A stretch of DNA of 64,000 nucleotides, taken from NCBI GenBank assembly GCA_000002445.1, contig AE017150.2, positions 64,001-128,000 of the forward strand. Reading direction: 5' to 3'. A program made the position numbers and the translations under genes. The notes under the pieces were generated by a model. It was not told where the DNA came from. It saw nothing but the letters and a program-made list of their open reading frames with translations, and did no database searches. The stretch is from Trypanosoma brucei (Eukaryota). Of this stretch, positions 1 through 12,500 are shown in pieces; position 1 is the stretch's first letter, and each line of letters opens with the position of its first letter.

Positions 1-1925
1 AAAATAATTAATTTCCTGCATCATTCTTTCTAAACCATATATAATATGGAAACAAAAAATATTACTGCCTCATATACATGCATCAACACTACGTATATAT
101 AATCAATATTTAAAGAGAGTCAAATTCTATCAATTAAAATCAAGTAAAACAATAAGCAGAAAAAAATTTAAGGATATTAATGAAGCGAAGAAAAAGAGTA
201 TCGGTACAACACATAGATACACACACACACAACTAAACAACTGTTCCACTGGAGTTTCTTCCCTTTCTGTCAATACGTAACATTCACTTGCATTGAATAA
301 ACTCATTGAAAATATAAATCACTTATCCCCTCCCCCGTGTATTCGCTTACTTCCAAAGGAGAATATTAAATAATGTCTGTAGGACAGGTAAAAAAAAACT
401 GATAGTCTTTTTGCATCAGATAACCAGAGAGTATTTCTGTTTACTTTCATAATAAACAAAAACATTCTTTTACCTTCAGTTAAAATAAAATTTAATTACC
501 TGCCTCATTAGTTGTTCACAACTGTCAACAACTAATTCAGCCCCAGAAATTCACATGTATCTGATGTGCCATCGTTGTTTGATTCATTCAGATGTCTTCC
601 ATGATGGTGATTGCACAACATATGGAAAATAATTGGAATGAAATTAACACAATTAATTGAGGAAACCGTAAAAGATTATCATAACACATTTTAAAATTTC
701 CCTCCCTTCATTTACACAGATTAAATATGTAATGATACAATTCCCTTTCAGTACGTGTCCTCACTTATTGTATCATCATTGTAAGTTTCCTACTGCTCAT
801 ATACGCGAAGCTATTGGAATAACAAAAATAATGAAACGACACATTTAAATAACTTGAAAAAATATATAACAAATAAAGGTAATAAAGAGAATGTGTGAAC
901 AGACAGATAATAAAATGAAACACGTTTCGCACTTTCCTTATAAATATTCAATAGTTGGTATGTTACAAATAAAAACAATTATATAATATAGAAAGGAAGG
1001 AATATAATTACATTATACACCTGCATGTGGATATGTAACAGTGAGTCATAGTAGAAATAAATTGCCTAAACACAATAGTTATGAAAGATAAAATAATTCA
1101 AAATATCAATAATATTATTCTATCAACATTCCCTTCCTTCTCCATTAAGTTTCCAATGGTTTCAAATAATAATTCACATAATCTCATACATATGTTACGA
1201 TGGGTATTGCATGCAGTACAATTGAAAGAAAGTGTAACTCATATAACATTTTCAAAAAAAAAGGCATTGAATGGTTGTTTGCTACCATCAATTACATTTC
1301 CAATGCCTAATTACACTTTTATATGCATGAAGGAAGTTACAGATGATAACTTTGACATGCTCGAGAATTCATAACACAAAGCGACTGCTGCATGCGATAA
1401 AAAATAAAAATATAAATAACATCCGAATTAATTTACTGACAGATGAGTGCAATTCATTCACCCAAACTTCATAGCTGCAAACATAAACTCGCTGCTGCCA
1501 ATAGGAAATAATCCCGCATAAATATTGAGTATCTGAAAATGATAGCAACGGGTTTCCATTTTTGAAATATATACATAAAATACATGAGGTATATGAAGTC
1601 ATATTGGTAAAGTGTCACTACGCATGTTGCAATTTACTATCAAAAGTGTATGCCTTATTTTATTTCTTGTGTTACTGTAACTCATGAGTATCATTCATTA
1701 TTCTTTACAATACAACTGTAAGTCATTTTGCATTTTTACATATTTCCTTATTCTCTCATGCTGGAAGTATTCCACATATAAGATTCCTCAATATCGTTCA
1801 CAAAATAAAAATAATTTCATTTACTTCTGCATTCAGTTTCTTGTGCAGCAGTGTGCACTAATCATTCATAAAGTTTTTAATTTGCCAAATACATCATTAC
1901 GAAACTATTTTCATACACACACATA
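1..1925. repeat. AT-rich RHS upstream spacer module, copy 1. It is the 5'-flank of an RHS gene lying left of the window. The same ~1.9 kb sequence recurs at 5371-7300, 36840-38760 and 47525-49450, with partial copies at 16285-17040 and 26020-26770.
   Basis: Direct sequence identity visible between the blocks. For example, 'aaaataattaatttcctgcatcattctttctaaaccatatataatatggaaacaaaaaatattactgcc' occurs at 1, 5371 and 47532. The spacer ORFs 1684..2082 and 7064..7252 have identical N-termini. Confidence 0.8.
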
Positions 1926-2765
1926 CACAAACACAAACAACCAAACATTTTTAAATGTTGCTGTGAAACGGAAATTGAATCACGGAAAATTGTGTGGCGC
2001 ACACGTAATGGGCACCATGAATGCCTCTTTGAATATTCCTCAATGGCTTTTCACCAGCATCATCAACTTACTTTTTGTGTAAAAAAATAATAGAAACAAG
2101 ACAGAACAGAAAAAAGAAATAAAGGTACAAATGCATTAATAAACCCAACTCCTCAGCAGGAAATCAAGAACAGGAAGCCACGAAAAGCGTATGGCACATA
2201 TGATTTTCACCTCTCAGTTACTTAAGGTGGATCGCATGATTTACCCACCTTCTAAGAACACACCCTCCGAGAGGCCCGATTAAAAGAAAAAAAAACGCTA
2301 TGACGGTTGAAAAGACGTTTTTCATAAACCTTCACTTTATACGTGAGGATGCATGAATAAACAATGATAACGATGAGAATGCTAACGGAAACAATGACGA
2401 ACCGTGAGGATCCTAGAAAAAAAAATAAAATAAAATCATCACGTACCTTCGCAGTAGGGAAACTTAATAAATAACAAAATATAAATATTCCCTACACAGA
2501 GGTATAGGGAGTGTTCGTCAACTTCGTAATGCTAATCAAAAAGCCTTCAAATGTATCGATCATTCGTGTAGTCAATCAAATAAGAAGTAACATGTACTAC
2601 ACGCACAAAAGCACACTTATAAAGCCTACAAACCCACTTGCCCCCTTTTAGAGAATACCACTCTCTAGTCAGTGATAGGAGAGGTGATATTAAAAGTATT
2701 CCCTTTATAATTATTTCTGACTCCTCAATTCGTTGCAACATAACATAACATGCAAAGATGTTGCA
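1926..2765. repeat. Type-A RHS 3'-flank module. It has a second copy at 26771-27627 and replaces the spacer continuation found in other units.
   Basis: The sequence diverges from the other spacer copies right after 'ttttcatacaca'. The block 'caaacaaccaaacatttttaaatgttgctgtgaaacggaaattgaatcacgg...' is shared only with 26771-27627. It contains a 7-bp inverted repeat, aaggtgg...ccacctt, at 2222-2250. Confidence 0.7.
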
Positions 2766-5222
2766 TCAGGCAGCGGGGCCACCAGCAATAGCGTTTGGTT
2801 CATCCTGGGTGATCTCCTTAACAATATTCCCTTCCATCTTCACTTGAAACTGGTTGATTTTATTCCACAACTCTGTAGTATGATCGCCTCTGCCCCCAAC
2901 TGGTTCGCACTTCTGCCTCTCCTCGATTGGCTTGCTGTCACTGTACTGTATGTAAATCAGCTCCCATTTCAAGTTTCTTGCGAGCTTATCCCATTCACCA
3001 AACAATTGTTTCATTGCCTTGATAAACTTATCTACCTTCTCTCGTGTCGTGTGATGCGTTGGTGCCACTGTCGCCTGGAGCAGAACAATTGTTGTTGTAA
3101 TGATCGCTCTTCCTTCTCTATCAACAGCTGGCTCAGTTACAAAGAAAAAGGCGTCCACAACGGGGAAATTTCCCTGTACAGGTCGGTAGAAGCACCCAAC
3201 CTCAATGTCTTGGCCTGTCGTTTCGGGGTTAAACTGACGAAGTGAAGTTGGAACACGTCCCACGGCATTACCACTTGCCAGAACGGATACATTTGAATCC
3301 ATTTCTTCTCCAACGCGAGGGAGATACCGCAGGTGCGTCACAATCGTCTGCACAACATTTCCCATCGTGAAGGCATATACGCCCACATTTTCAAATTCAT
3401 CAGCGGCCCGCTCTTCTTTCCCACGAAAAACCTTTCGAAGGTAATTGTCTCGCATACATGCTGTGTTCGCCCACACTCTCAATTTCTGCTCAATATCAAT
3501 GGAAACAGCTCTGTTTCTGCATTCTTCTCCATTCTCAGTTACAACCCGGACCAACTTAGCTAACATGTAAGTAGTCCCGTCCTGGCGCCATTGAACTCGA
3601 CTATTCAGCACCTTCATGTAGTGACTATCATCGCCTCTACTGATTTCTGCCAGTGCCTCATTTATTTCTCTAACGCGGCCCTTGTAGCGTTTTTCACCTT
3701 CCAGTACTTGGCGGGCCAGTGGGCCCACCTTCTTAATCCATCCCAATGTTTTCTGCCATTCATTCTCAAGGTTTATGATGTGAGCTTCGGTGATTTTACT
3801 TTCCTCCAACTTCGACAGCCGCCTCCACGCAACCGCAGCCTTCAGTTCCACCTCTTCATAGCAATTGATGCAAAGGAACTCGCAACCCCGTGGTTCCTTC
3901 CAGTCTTTGTAGTTATTTGGATCTGGAGATGTCAACACAATTACGGGCCACGCTCCCGGCAAGTCTGCGGGTATGGGTTGGTGCCTGTCTTTCCAAAAGT
4001 CGTATATAATGTAACCAAGAACTTTTTCAACAACGAAGGCCTCAACAGCATCCAATCCATCTTTTTCTTTTTCATAGAATACAACCTTTCCCGGATGATC
4101 GTTTGTCGCCCTGAAGAAAATATATGCCCTACCCTTCACAAAATAAGCGATATTCCGCAACAGCTCCGAATCGTAATGCAGCAACCTTTGAAGCAGAAAC
4201 GAGCCAACACCAAATGATTTCCCAATACCTGGAGTGCCAACGAGGACGCAAGGAATCTGTTTTTTATTCACGCCTGGCCCTAACCACAAATCCAGCCTGT
4301 GCTTCACGAGATACCACACTCTCATTACCTCTCGACGAATGTACACATCCCCGTCAAACACGTAGTCTCCTGGTTCTTCCGCTTCCTCTTGAATTGCATG
4401 TTCCGGAGTGCTGAAAGAGTTATACGGCCAACCCTCCTGCGAGGTGAGCACAGCAATCTCTAAATTACCGTGACGAGGCAGTGGGTCGCACAAGTCATAA
4501 GGCGTGTGACTGACATTCACCTCCTCTTCTGTCCACAACTCGGGCTCGCCGTCACTATTACCCACCACCTTCATGCCAAGAGGTAAATCATTGTGACCCG
4601 ACTCCACATAACCCCATGTCGCATTGTATATGGATTCATATACTCCTTTCAGTTCGACACCATCAGCTGTTTGGTGAGCTCTTTTCCTTGCTTCTTTGGC
4701 AATGCGCAGTGCACTGTCCAACTTTGTCGCTGCCACGGGACCAACAAATTCCCTTATTTGCGCTGTTGCATTTTCTTCCCATTGGTGAATGTCTTCAATC
4801 CTATTACGAGGCAGATAAATAACTGCCCTCAGTAATTGAAACTCATCAAGCCGCTGTATCCTTCCTAGAAACTTGGCATTCACAATATAATCCTCCGGGC
4901 TCTGAACAAAGACACCCACTGACACATTAGAAGTGCCGAGGGTTTCACCGAAGTGATGATTCAAAAGGTCATGCAATTTCATATCCCTCAAACCCGCAAA
5001 GCGTTGAAGCAATACATCTTCAATAGAACTATTCATCGTCCATGTTGGTCCCTCTTCATCCCCGCGCAGTCTCTTGAGAAAACGCCTTGCCGCATGTAAG
5101 CCATCAGTATAGAAACGCCGCATTGAATTCCACATTGCTAATGCCCTATTGTCTCGTTGTCTAGCAACTGCAAAATTAAAGTAACGTATGAGGAAAATAA
5201 TAGTGTGTGAACAGTGTAACAT
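2766..5222 (-). CDS. RHS: Retrotransposon hot spot (RHS) protein, type-A C-terminus. The 5' end is divergent: the ORF reads through what is 5'-UTR sequence in the paralogs.
   Basis: 818-aa ORF. It has the P-loop 'VLVGTPGIGKSFGVGSFLL' and conserved RHS blocks (KGVYESIYNATWGYVESG, HVYIRREVMRVWY, VVDAFFFV, HPTTREKV). The annotated ATG lies inside the 'gtgtaacataat' motif, which is upstream non-coding in paralogs at 36672 and 47375. The true start is therefore probably a downstream Met. Confidence 0.85.
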   Translation of the reverse strand: MLHCSHTIIFLIRYFNFAVARQRDNRALAMWNSMRRFYTDGLHAARRFLKRLRGDEEGPTWTMNSSIEDVLLQRFAGLRDMKLHDLLNHHFGETLGTSNVSVGVFVQSPEDYIVNAKFLGRIQRLDEFQLLRAVIYLPRNRIEDIHQWEENATAQIREFVGPVAATKLDSALRIAKEARKRAHQTADGVELKGVYESIYNATWGYVESGHNDLPLGMKVVGNSDGEPELWTEEEVNVSHTPYDLCDPLPRHGNLEIAVLTSQEGWPYNSFSTPEHAIQEEAEEPGDYVFDGDVYIRREVMRVWYLVKHRLDLWLGPGVNKKQIPCVLVGTPGIGKSFGVGSFLLQRLLHYDSELLRNIAYFVKGRAYIFFRATNDHPGKVVFYEKEKDGLDAVEAFVVEKVLGYIIYDFWKDRHQPIPADLPGAWPVIVLTSPDPNNYKDWKEPRGCEFLCINCYEEVELKAAVAWRRLSKLEESKITEAHIINLENEWQKTLGWIKKVGPLARQVLEGEKRYKGRVREINEALAEISRGDDSHYMKVLNSRVQWRQDGTTYMLAKLVRVVTENGEECRNRAVSIDIEQKLRVWANTACMRDNYLRKVFRGKEERAADEFENVGVYAFTMGNVVQTIVTHLRYLPRVGEEMDSNVSVLASGNAVGRVPTSLRQFNPETTGQDIEVGCFYRPVQGNFPVVDAFFFVTEPAVDREGRAIITTTIVLLQATVAPTHHTTREKVDKFIKAMKQLFGEWDKLARNLKWELIYIQYSDSKPIEERQKCEPVGGRGDHTTELWNKINQFQVKMEGNIVKEITQDEPNAIAGGPAA

Positions 5223-8200
5223 AATATCAAATGTAATAGAGCAAGATAATGTTTATTCACTATAGTTTGTATAATATGATATCATAATGTATTTGGTATT
5301 GAGAGGAACAATTTCAAAATATAGCAGCTGTAAATAAATATTTCCCTTGCTTCATCATCATGTTCTAAAAATAATTAATTTCCTGCATCATTCTTTCTAA
5401 ACCATATATAATATGGAAACAAAAAATATTACTGCCTCATATACATGCATCAACACTACGTATATATAATCAATATTTAAAGAGAGTCAAATTCTATCAA
5501 TTAAAATCAAGTAAAACAAAAAACAAAAAAATTTATGGATATTAATGAAGCGAAGAAAAAGAGTATCGGCACAACACATAGATATATACACACATGAATA
5601 CACACCACACAATTGCTTCTTTATACATCCTCCCCATTTTTACAATTCATAATATTCACTTGCATTGAATAAACTCATTGAAAATATAAATCACCTATCC
5701 CCTCCCCCGTGTATTCACTTACTTCCAAAGGAGAATATTAAATAATGTCTGTAGGACAGGTAAAAAAAAAAAACTGATAGTCTTTTTGCATCAGATAACC
5801 AGAGAGTATTTCTGTTTACTTTCATAATAAACAAAAACATTCTTTCACCTTCAGTTAAAATAAAATTGATTTACTTGCCTCCTTACTGTTCACAACCATC
5901 AACAACTAATTCAGCCCCACATATTCACATGTATTTTATGTGCCATCGTTGTTTGATTCATTCACACATCTTCCATGATGGTGATGATACAACATATGAA
6001 AAATTATTGAAATACAATTAATACAATTATTTGAGGAACCCATGAAAGACTATCATAACATATCTTTTATTTTCCCTCCTTTCATTTACAAAAATTAAAT
6101 ATGTAATGAGACAATTCCCTTTCAGTACGTGTCCACACTTATTGTATCATCATTGTAAGTTTCCTATTGCTCACATACACAGAGCTATTGGAACAACAAA
6201 AACATAAAACAACACATCTAAACAACTTGATAAAATATATAATAAATAAATAAAGGTAATAAAGAGAATGAGCGTGAACAGACAGATAATAAAATGAAAC
6301 ACGTCTCGTACTTTCCTTATAAATATTCAATAGTTGGCGGATTACAAATAAAAACAATTACACATTATAGAAAGGAAAGGATATAATTACATTATACACC
6401 TGCATGTGGATATGTAACAGTGAGTCATAGTAGAAATAAATTGTCTAAACACAATAGTTATGGAAGATAAAATAATTCAAAATATCAATAATATTATTCT
6501 ATCAACATTCCCTTCCTTCTCCATTAAGTTTTCAATGGATTTAAATAATAATTCACATAATCCCATACATATGTTATGACGGGTATTGCATGCAGTACAA
6601 TTTAAAGGAAGTGAAACTCATATAACATTTTCAAAAAAAAAAGGCATTGAATGGTTGTTTGCTACCATCAATTACATTTCCAATGCCTAATTACACTTTT
6701 GTATGCATGAAGGAAGTTACTGATGATAACTTTGACATGCTCGAGAATCCATAACACAAAGCGACTGCTGCATGCAATAAAAAATAAAAATATAAATAAC
6801 ATCCGAATTCATTTACTGACAGATGAGTGCAATTCATTCATCCAAACTTCATAGCTGTAAACATAAACTCGTTGCTGCCAATAGGAAATAATCCCGCATA
6901 AATATTGAGTATCTGAAAATGATAGCAACGGGTTTCCATTTTTGAAATATATACATAAAATACATGAGGTATATGAAGTCATATTGGTAAAGTGTCACTA
7001 CGCATGTTGCAATTTACTATCAAAAGTGTATGCCTTATTTTATTTCTTGTGTTACTGTAACTCATGAGTATTATTCATTATTCTTTACAATACAACTGTA
7101 AGTCATTTTGCATTTTTACATATTTCCTTATTCTCTCATGCTGGAAGTATTCCACATATGAGATTCCTCAATATCGTTCACAAATAAAAATAATTTTATT
7201 TACTTCTGCATTCAGTTTCTTGTGCAGCAGTGTGTGTACTAATCATCCATAAAGTTTTTAATTTGCCAAATACATCATTACGAAACTATTTTCATACACA
7301 TGCACAAACAAACCGTTGGGACAATATCTTTGAGGAATTTCCTTCACTATATTTGCAGTTCAGTAGTAATTAAAATACACTTTTTGTATAATTCAACACA
7401 TGGTGGAATTGCAAAGAAATGTGATGGTACTTATAATCAATAAGTTCCCAATTTTCCTCACATGGTCTCTTTTCATGCCTTTCCACACATATATAATTCA
7501 CAGAGAATTACTGCAATATCCTTCATATGCTTTCAGGATTCCATATGTCACAATACAAATAATATACATTTACACATATATATAATTTGGACAGCATATT
7601 GCTTAACATATAAATTATCACAAACCTATGATATTACACTCCTCCTAAGAATAATAGAATCAAATCATTTCTATTTTGCATCATTACATGAAGCTTTGGA
7701 AAAGAAAAAAAAAGAATCAAACAAAAGGTAATGTAAAGAACACAGTTTCATAATACAGATTATAACTTGTTTGTGAATTTCAGATGCAAACACAAAATGT
7801 TCAAACAGTAAAACAGTAAAGGATAGTACTGGTGATGTAAGCACAAATTAATCAAAAATAGAAACATAAATAAAATTGAAACTTATAAAAACACAAATAT
7901 ATATGATACAAATATTTACCACATATTATAATTCGCCACCCTCACACTTGAATTAGAAAGAGTACATAACACACATATGTGGTAAAACTAATACAACTCG
8001 AGTATACGTATGTGCCATCTTCATAACATAATCATTCTAATATTTACTCAGTATGTGTGTCTGTGTGTGTGTCTGTGTGTGTAGAAATGATGAAATGTAA
8101 TTGTAACAAATCAGGCACAACACAAACAAAATATATGAATTATATTATTCTCTAAAAAGTAGAAGAATAAAAATCAAGAAATATTACGCAGCTTTTCTCA

Positions 8201-10100
8201 CAAGTAATTTTGTTTCTGTATATATATATATACATATATAACACGACAGCTGACAACATTAAACTCTCAATTCCATAATATCTGACACCTGAAGTGATAA
8301 TTAGCAGCGGATGCCTTTAACAAAAAACAACAGAAATAACAACATCAAAGCATGTTTTGAAAGCTTAAATAAACTTCCTCATGGATAAACCATTTGTACG
8401 AAGTTTGAGTGCCAAGTTGGAGGAACAAAGAAAAAATAAAAAAAGAAGAATTAAATGGTAAAACAATTGCGTGTGATATAACTAAAGGATTTGTTAGGCA
8501 CTACACTCATTAAACTCCAGTTTCATAAAAATACTGCAAGGCATAATATTTACTGCTTTACCGGTTATGTGCCTCCAGCAAGCAATAATAAATACTTCGA
8601 GTATTATTCAATTTCTGATGCTATGAAGTGTGTAATAAATTAGTGCGGGAGCAAAATATTCAAATGTTGGTGTTCACTTCAAATTATAACCTCTGCACTA
8701 TGAATGTCTCTCGATGTTTATAATTTGAGAGAGCAAAAGTGACGGCGCTATTACTTATTTCTTCCAGTTCATGAATACATACACATATTTATACATATAT
8801 AATCAGAGGTGACACGCAAAAGCGTTTAAACATCAGGCATGAACATCTTTCCATTCAAAGTAAGACGATACAATAAGGTAAGTTTAGGATGAAGTGAAGG
8901 TATCATAATGTTAATATCTTCCTTCAAGCGGAGGATTCAATTCAAATAGGCGTACTTCACAAACAATAGTAAAATAACTGAGAAAACTTATATCACTTAA
9001 TCGTTATTTCCTTCAATTCTTATTTTGAATCGCTCTGTACCGTCACACCTTCAATAAAGTATATAGTGACGCATTTCATACATCCTCCCTAAGCCATCTC
9101 TCATAGTCATTAGCTCTCAACAGCAATAATAACAAATAATGAATAGTTTAGTTCTTACCTTCCCTTTTTTACTACCAACAAGAAAGATATACGAAATAAT
9201 TATCATACTGAATAAACAGTAGGCGTTCCTCATTATCCTACACAAAATATGAATTGAAACGATAATTTACTAACGGAGCGGAAGTGTCTGAAAGCGTCTT
9301 TAACTCGTCTCCTGTGCGGGGCGAAGAGGGTTGTGTTGTGTGGGCTTTCTAAAAATTTCACTCTCTTGCAGACAGCTGTGTAAATAAACGGGGAGTACAG
9401 GTGTGTTTAGAGAAAGATAACCGTACAAAATAATACTCTGCACTCCTATGACCAAAACAACCATTCGTAATGCAGGTTTTCAAAATACACGATATCATCT
9501 CAACAAATTGTAATTTTTTTTTGCATAATGTCCTCCAGAAGACAGAACAACAGATGACACAGTTAAATAACACATGACAAACAAGGAATATAACCGCACA
9601 TCCTCAGCAGTAAATGTTTCAGTTTCTCCTTTAAAAAAAAAAAAGAAAAATAAAACAGTTTCACACGTGTGGTCCAAAAGCTGCATCAGCCAATACAATA
9701 TCTTGACAGCTTGTCACGCAGTCTTGCCTCAAGAAGAAAATAAATCATTCATCTCTGCTTTCCTTAGTTGATAAATGAGATCCCATGCTGTGTTAACTCC
9801 CGTCTCCATTCAAAAAGTTGACTCAACGTTATGACGAGGCAGTGACCAAAAACAATCCAAATGCAATTCTAAATTTCTTCATATTACGTTTTCAGTTTTA
9901 TTACACATTTCCCCAACCATTCCAAGTACTAACAGGAATAATTTGGTTCTATAATAATGCATGTGTTTTCTACAGCTCTTTCATTTTGTTATGATCCGCA
10001 CAAAAATTATATATGTGGTTGTTGATTCGTCCTGTCAATCAAAGTAACAATCATAATAATTAATTTTCCCCTTTTCTTCATTTTTTCTATTAGCACATGT
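5223..10100. repeat. Full-length inter-RHS AT-rich spacer: type-C 5'-flank, upstream module and distal spacer module.
   Basis: Colinear with 36587-41560. Partially colinear with 15725-19840 and 47270-50230. Contains variable (TG)n/(TC)n at 8050-8090 and poly-A tracts. Confidence 0.75.
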
Positions 10101-10129
10101 GCACCTTGGTGAGATCACTTTCACTCATT

Positions 10130-12500
10130 TGCACTGATTGGTCAACACTATTTAGTTCGTTATTCAACACACTCCCTTACATGTCCTCCTCTCACCATTT
10201 ATAACCCACACGAGCAGCATCAAATATAAATTGTGAAGAGGTATGAGATCACAAGGAGCTCGCTCTCATTGAGAAGGTTGGATGCGTCATATATATATAA
10301 TCATGTAATCCCTTTCCATTTCAACAATACGCAAACCTCAACTGCGGAATCGACTTTGAATGAGTTGACCTCGTCAGCATGAAACGGGGCCCGCCAAGTG
10401 GCATGAACATTAATCTTATCAGTAAACATGTGTTTGAGGTGTTGGTAATAAATGGGGTCAAAGAAAACATAAGTGCGTATCATCTTCCCCGTTATGCCCG
10501 AGTGGAAAATATACATCATCTCCGTGAAGATAATTGTATCCATGTTGTATCAATTCCTCATCCAGCTCTTCATCCTTATCAGTACCCAAACGAAGTGCCA
10601 TCGCCTAACTTTTTCCGTGAATGCACTCACACCTTTGAGCTAACGAGTTCCAGCAACTTTGCAACTGTCATACGGCTCGGGAATCCATGAGAATTTATGA
10701 TCATATCTGTGCAAATGCCTTTACTCATTGAAGGGCATGTTAACACACCATCAGTCATGAGATCCACTACTCCCTCCAGCCAGCGCCGTGAGGAAAACTT
10801 ATTTCAGACCTCGGGACCGCGAACTTCTCTCGTAGTAACTTTAACTTTATTGTTCTACATCCATTGATATATCCGAGTCACTGGAAGGTGAGAGATGAAC
10901 ACATTTGGTCCACAACAGCAGGCTGAGGGTATTTATTATATTCAAGAAAATTAGGTCTTGGTTCCTTGAAAGGCACGGGAGTGTATTTGTTTACAAAAAT
11001 ATCAAACTGACAAACAGCCGCACCTTTACTACTGGCAATACCATCACTACTAAAGGCATTGTGTCTCGCAACATTCCAATCTGTTGGAAGAATTATATCA
11101 TACATACTCACCGTTGGGAAGTCTTTCCAGTTCCATCTCATGCTTACAAAAAACAACATAGCACCCATAGCCACAATTGAGCGAACTGCGGTTGTGTACA
11201 CCTTTGCGTCTTCAATATTGTAACCTCTATAGCTCATAATGCATACCATCGTATTAATTCCTGCACCTAATATTTCGTAGTTGCTTAGGTTCATAGCCTT
11301 CGTCCGGCAAAGGGACAGTTGAGAGTAAGCACTCAACATAAGTACTGTGTCCATTTCTAATGTACTGAATATACGCAATGGTTCCAACAGCTTGCTTGCC
11401 CATGGCTGACTGTAATGTGTTTCGTGCAAATTGATTGTGATGTGGAAAGGAAAATAATGCTAGCGACAACTCCAAGTGAGCCTCGTGTACTGCTCAATGT
11501 CTTTGTGGTGAACTGCTATAAGAGAGTCATTCGCTTCGTCATATAAGTCAATGAATTCCACAACAAGCCCTCAACTAAAATATCGTTAATCGATCACTTG
11601 CTTGAACTCAAGTTATCCAGATGTTAAGAAATTACAGCGTGTTTCCCATCGCAAACGAAAACATACAACCTCACGATCCTTCCGCCAACACAAACAATTT
11701 GAACACTCTTCTGACGGTCATTTATCGCAATTGAAACGTAAGGATGCAAGCGGCCTGTGTTCCTCAGGGTTCGTAATACATCCCGACACAAACGGCTCAT
11801 GTATCGATAAACGCACATCAGCACTTCATTGAGGAAAACTGTGTAGTATTTAAGAAATTCGTTAAGACTGATATAATCTATTTCCTCCACTCCAATATTG
11901 TACGCATCCGCGTGTAAACAAACAAATTATCCATGTCTAGTGTTACCTGACTAAGAATGGCAAAATTATTAACCAAACAGCAACAACTTTCACCCTCTGG
12001 GGTATCGCAAGGAGGGATATACACCATTCCCCATTGACTTGAATAGAGAAATAATGATCCGCACATGTGGGTCAATAGACGAGGCCATGGTCACTCCACT
12101 GCTGCCGTTACATATGATCACTGCATGGTTTTTATATCAATGTTGATGATGATGTGGGATTTGCTGCTGGAGGCAACCAACAACATAAGTTTAAGGTTGC
12201 CACGTGTGAAGAGAGGCCCAACTGCCAACCCTCAACCAGGATAACAGAAGTGATTATAAGGAAAGAGAAGACAACATATCATAGTATGTTTACCCACCGA
12301 CAAATAACTGAAGAAAGAGAGAGAGAGAGAAAGAGAGGAAAATAGAAACAATCACGTCACCAGCTGCGTGTCTGCGAAGAACACCATCAAGAGCTGCTCC
12401 ATAACTGCAACCATAACTAACATGTATAATATAATTATAACAGCTCGTATATGAAACAGCACATCCAGTAACTGCTTCTAATGTTTGCATATTTCACTCC
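10130..12500 (-). pseudogene. Truncated, frameshifted RPB2-family pseudogene (DNA-directed RNA polymerase second-largest subunit). It covers only the C-terminal ~40%. Copy 1 of 4.
   Basis: Minus-strand ORF fragments carry hallmark motifs of the RPB2 family, compared here with yeast Rpb2 as I recall it. 11878..12075: 'SQWGMVYIPPCDTPEGESCCCLVNNFAILSQVT' (cf. [30 protein letters not shown]). 11624..11890: 'DVLRTLRNTGRLHPYVSIAINDRQKSVQIVCVGGRIVRLYVFV' (cf. [43 protein letters not shown]). 11254..11475: '[22 protein letters not shown]' (cf. [22 protein letters not shown]). 10878..11429: 'SYRGYNIEDA' (cf. SGYNQEDS). 10301..10543: 'FFDPIYYQHLKHMFTDKINVHA' (cf. [22 protein letters not shown]). By-hand translation near 10170-10200 shows a C-terminal CCSC cysteine cluster. 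The pieces are colinear but sit in different frames. Confidence 0.65.

Noticed and set aside
1081-2082. Short ORFs in the AT-rich spacers (e.g. 1081..1374, 1684..2082, 7064..7252, 7462..7731, 9358..9771), repeated in each unit.
   Set aside because: They are AT-rich, low-complexity translations (runs of I/N/K/F/Y). Frames and stops differ between otherwise identical repeat copies, so there is no conservation of the reading frame. They are read as non-coding spacer.
2222-2250. 7-bp perfect inverted repeat (aaggtgg / ccacctt) with a 14-nt loop, conserved in both type-A 3' flanks (also 27106-27134).
   Set aside because: It is too short to assign function. It could be a 3'-UTR structural element, but nothing in the sequence distinguishes it from chance in a duplicated flank.
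3591-4217. Long plus-strand ORFs lying antisense inside RHS genes. Examples: 3591..4217 (208 aa), 28195..29079 (294 aa), 46298..46879 (193 aa), 24510..25013 (167 aa), 13791..14210 and 23521..23940 (139 aa).
   Set aside because: They sit entirely within the well-supported minus-strand RHS reading frames. They recur only because the RHS genes recur. They have low-complexity, stop-poor composition and no recognisable motifs. They are typical antisense frames of a biased coding sequence.
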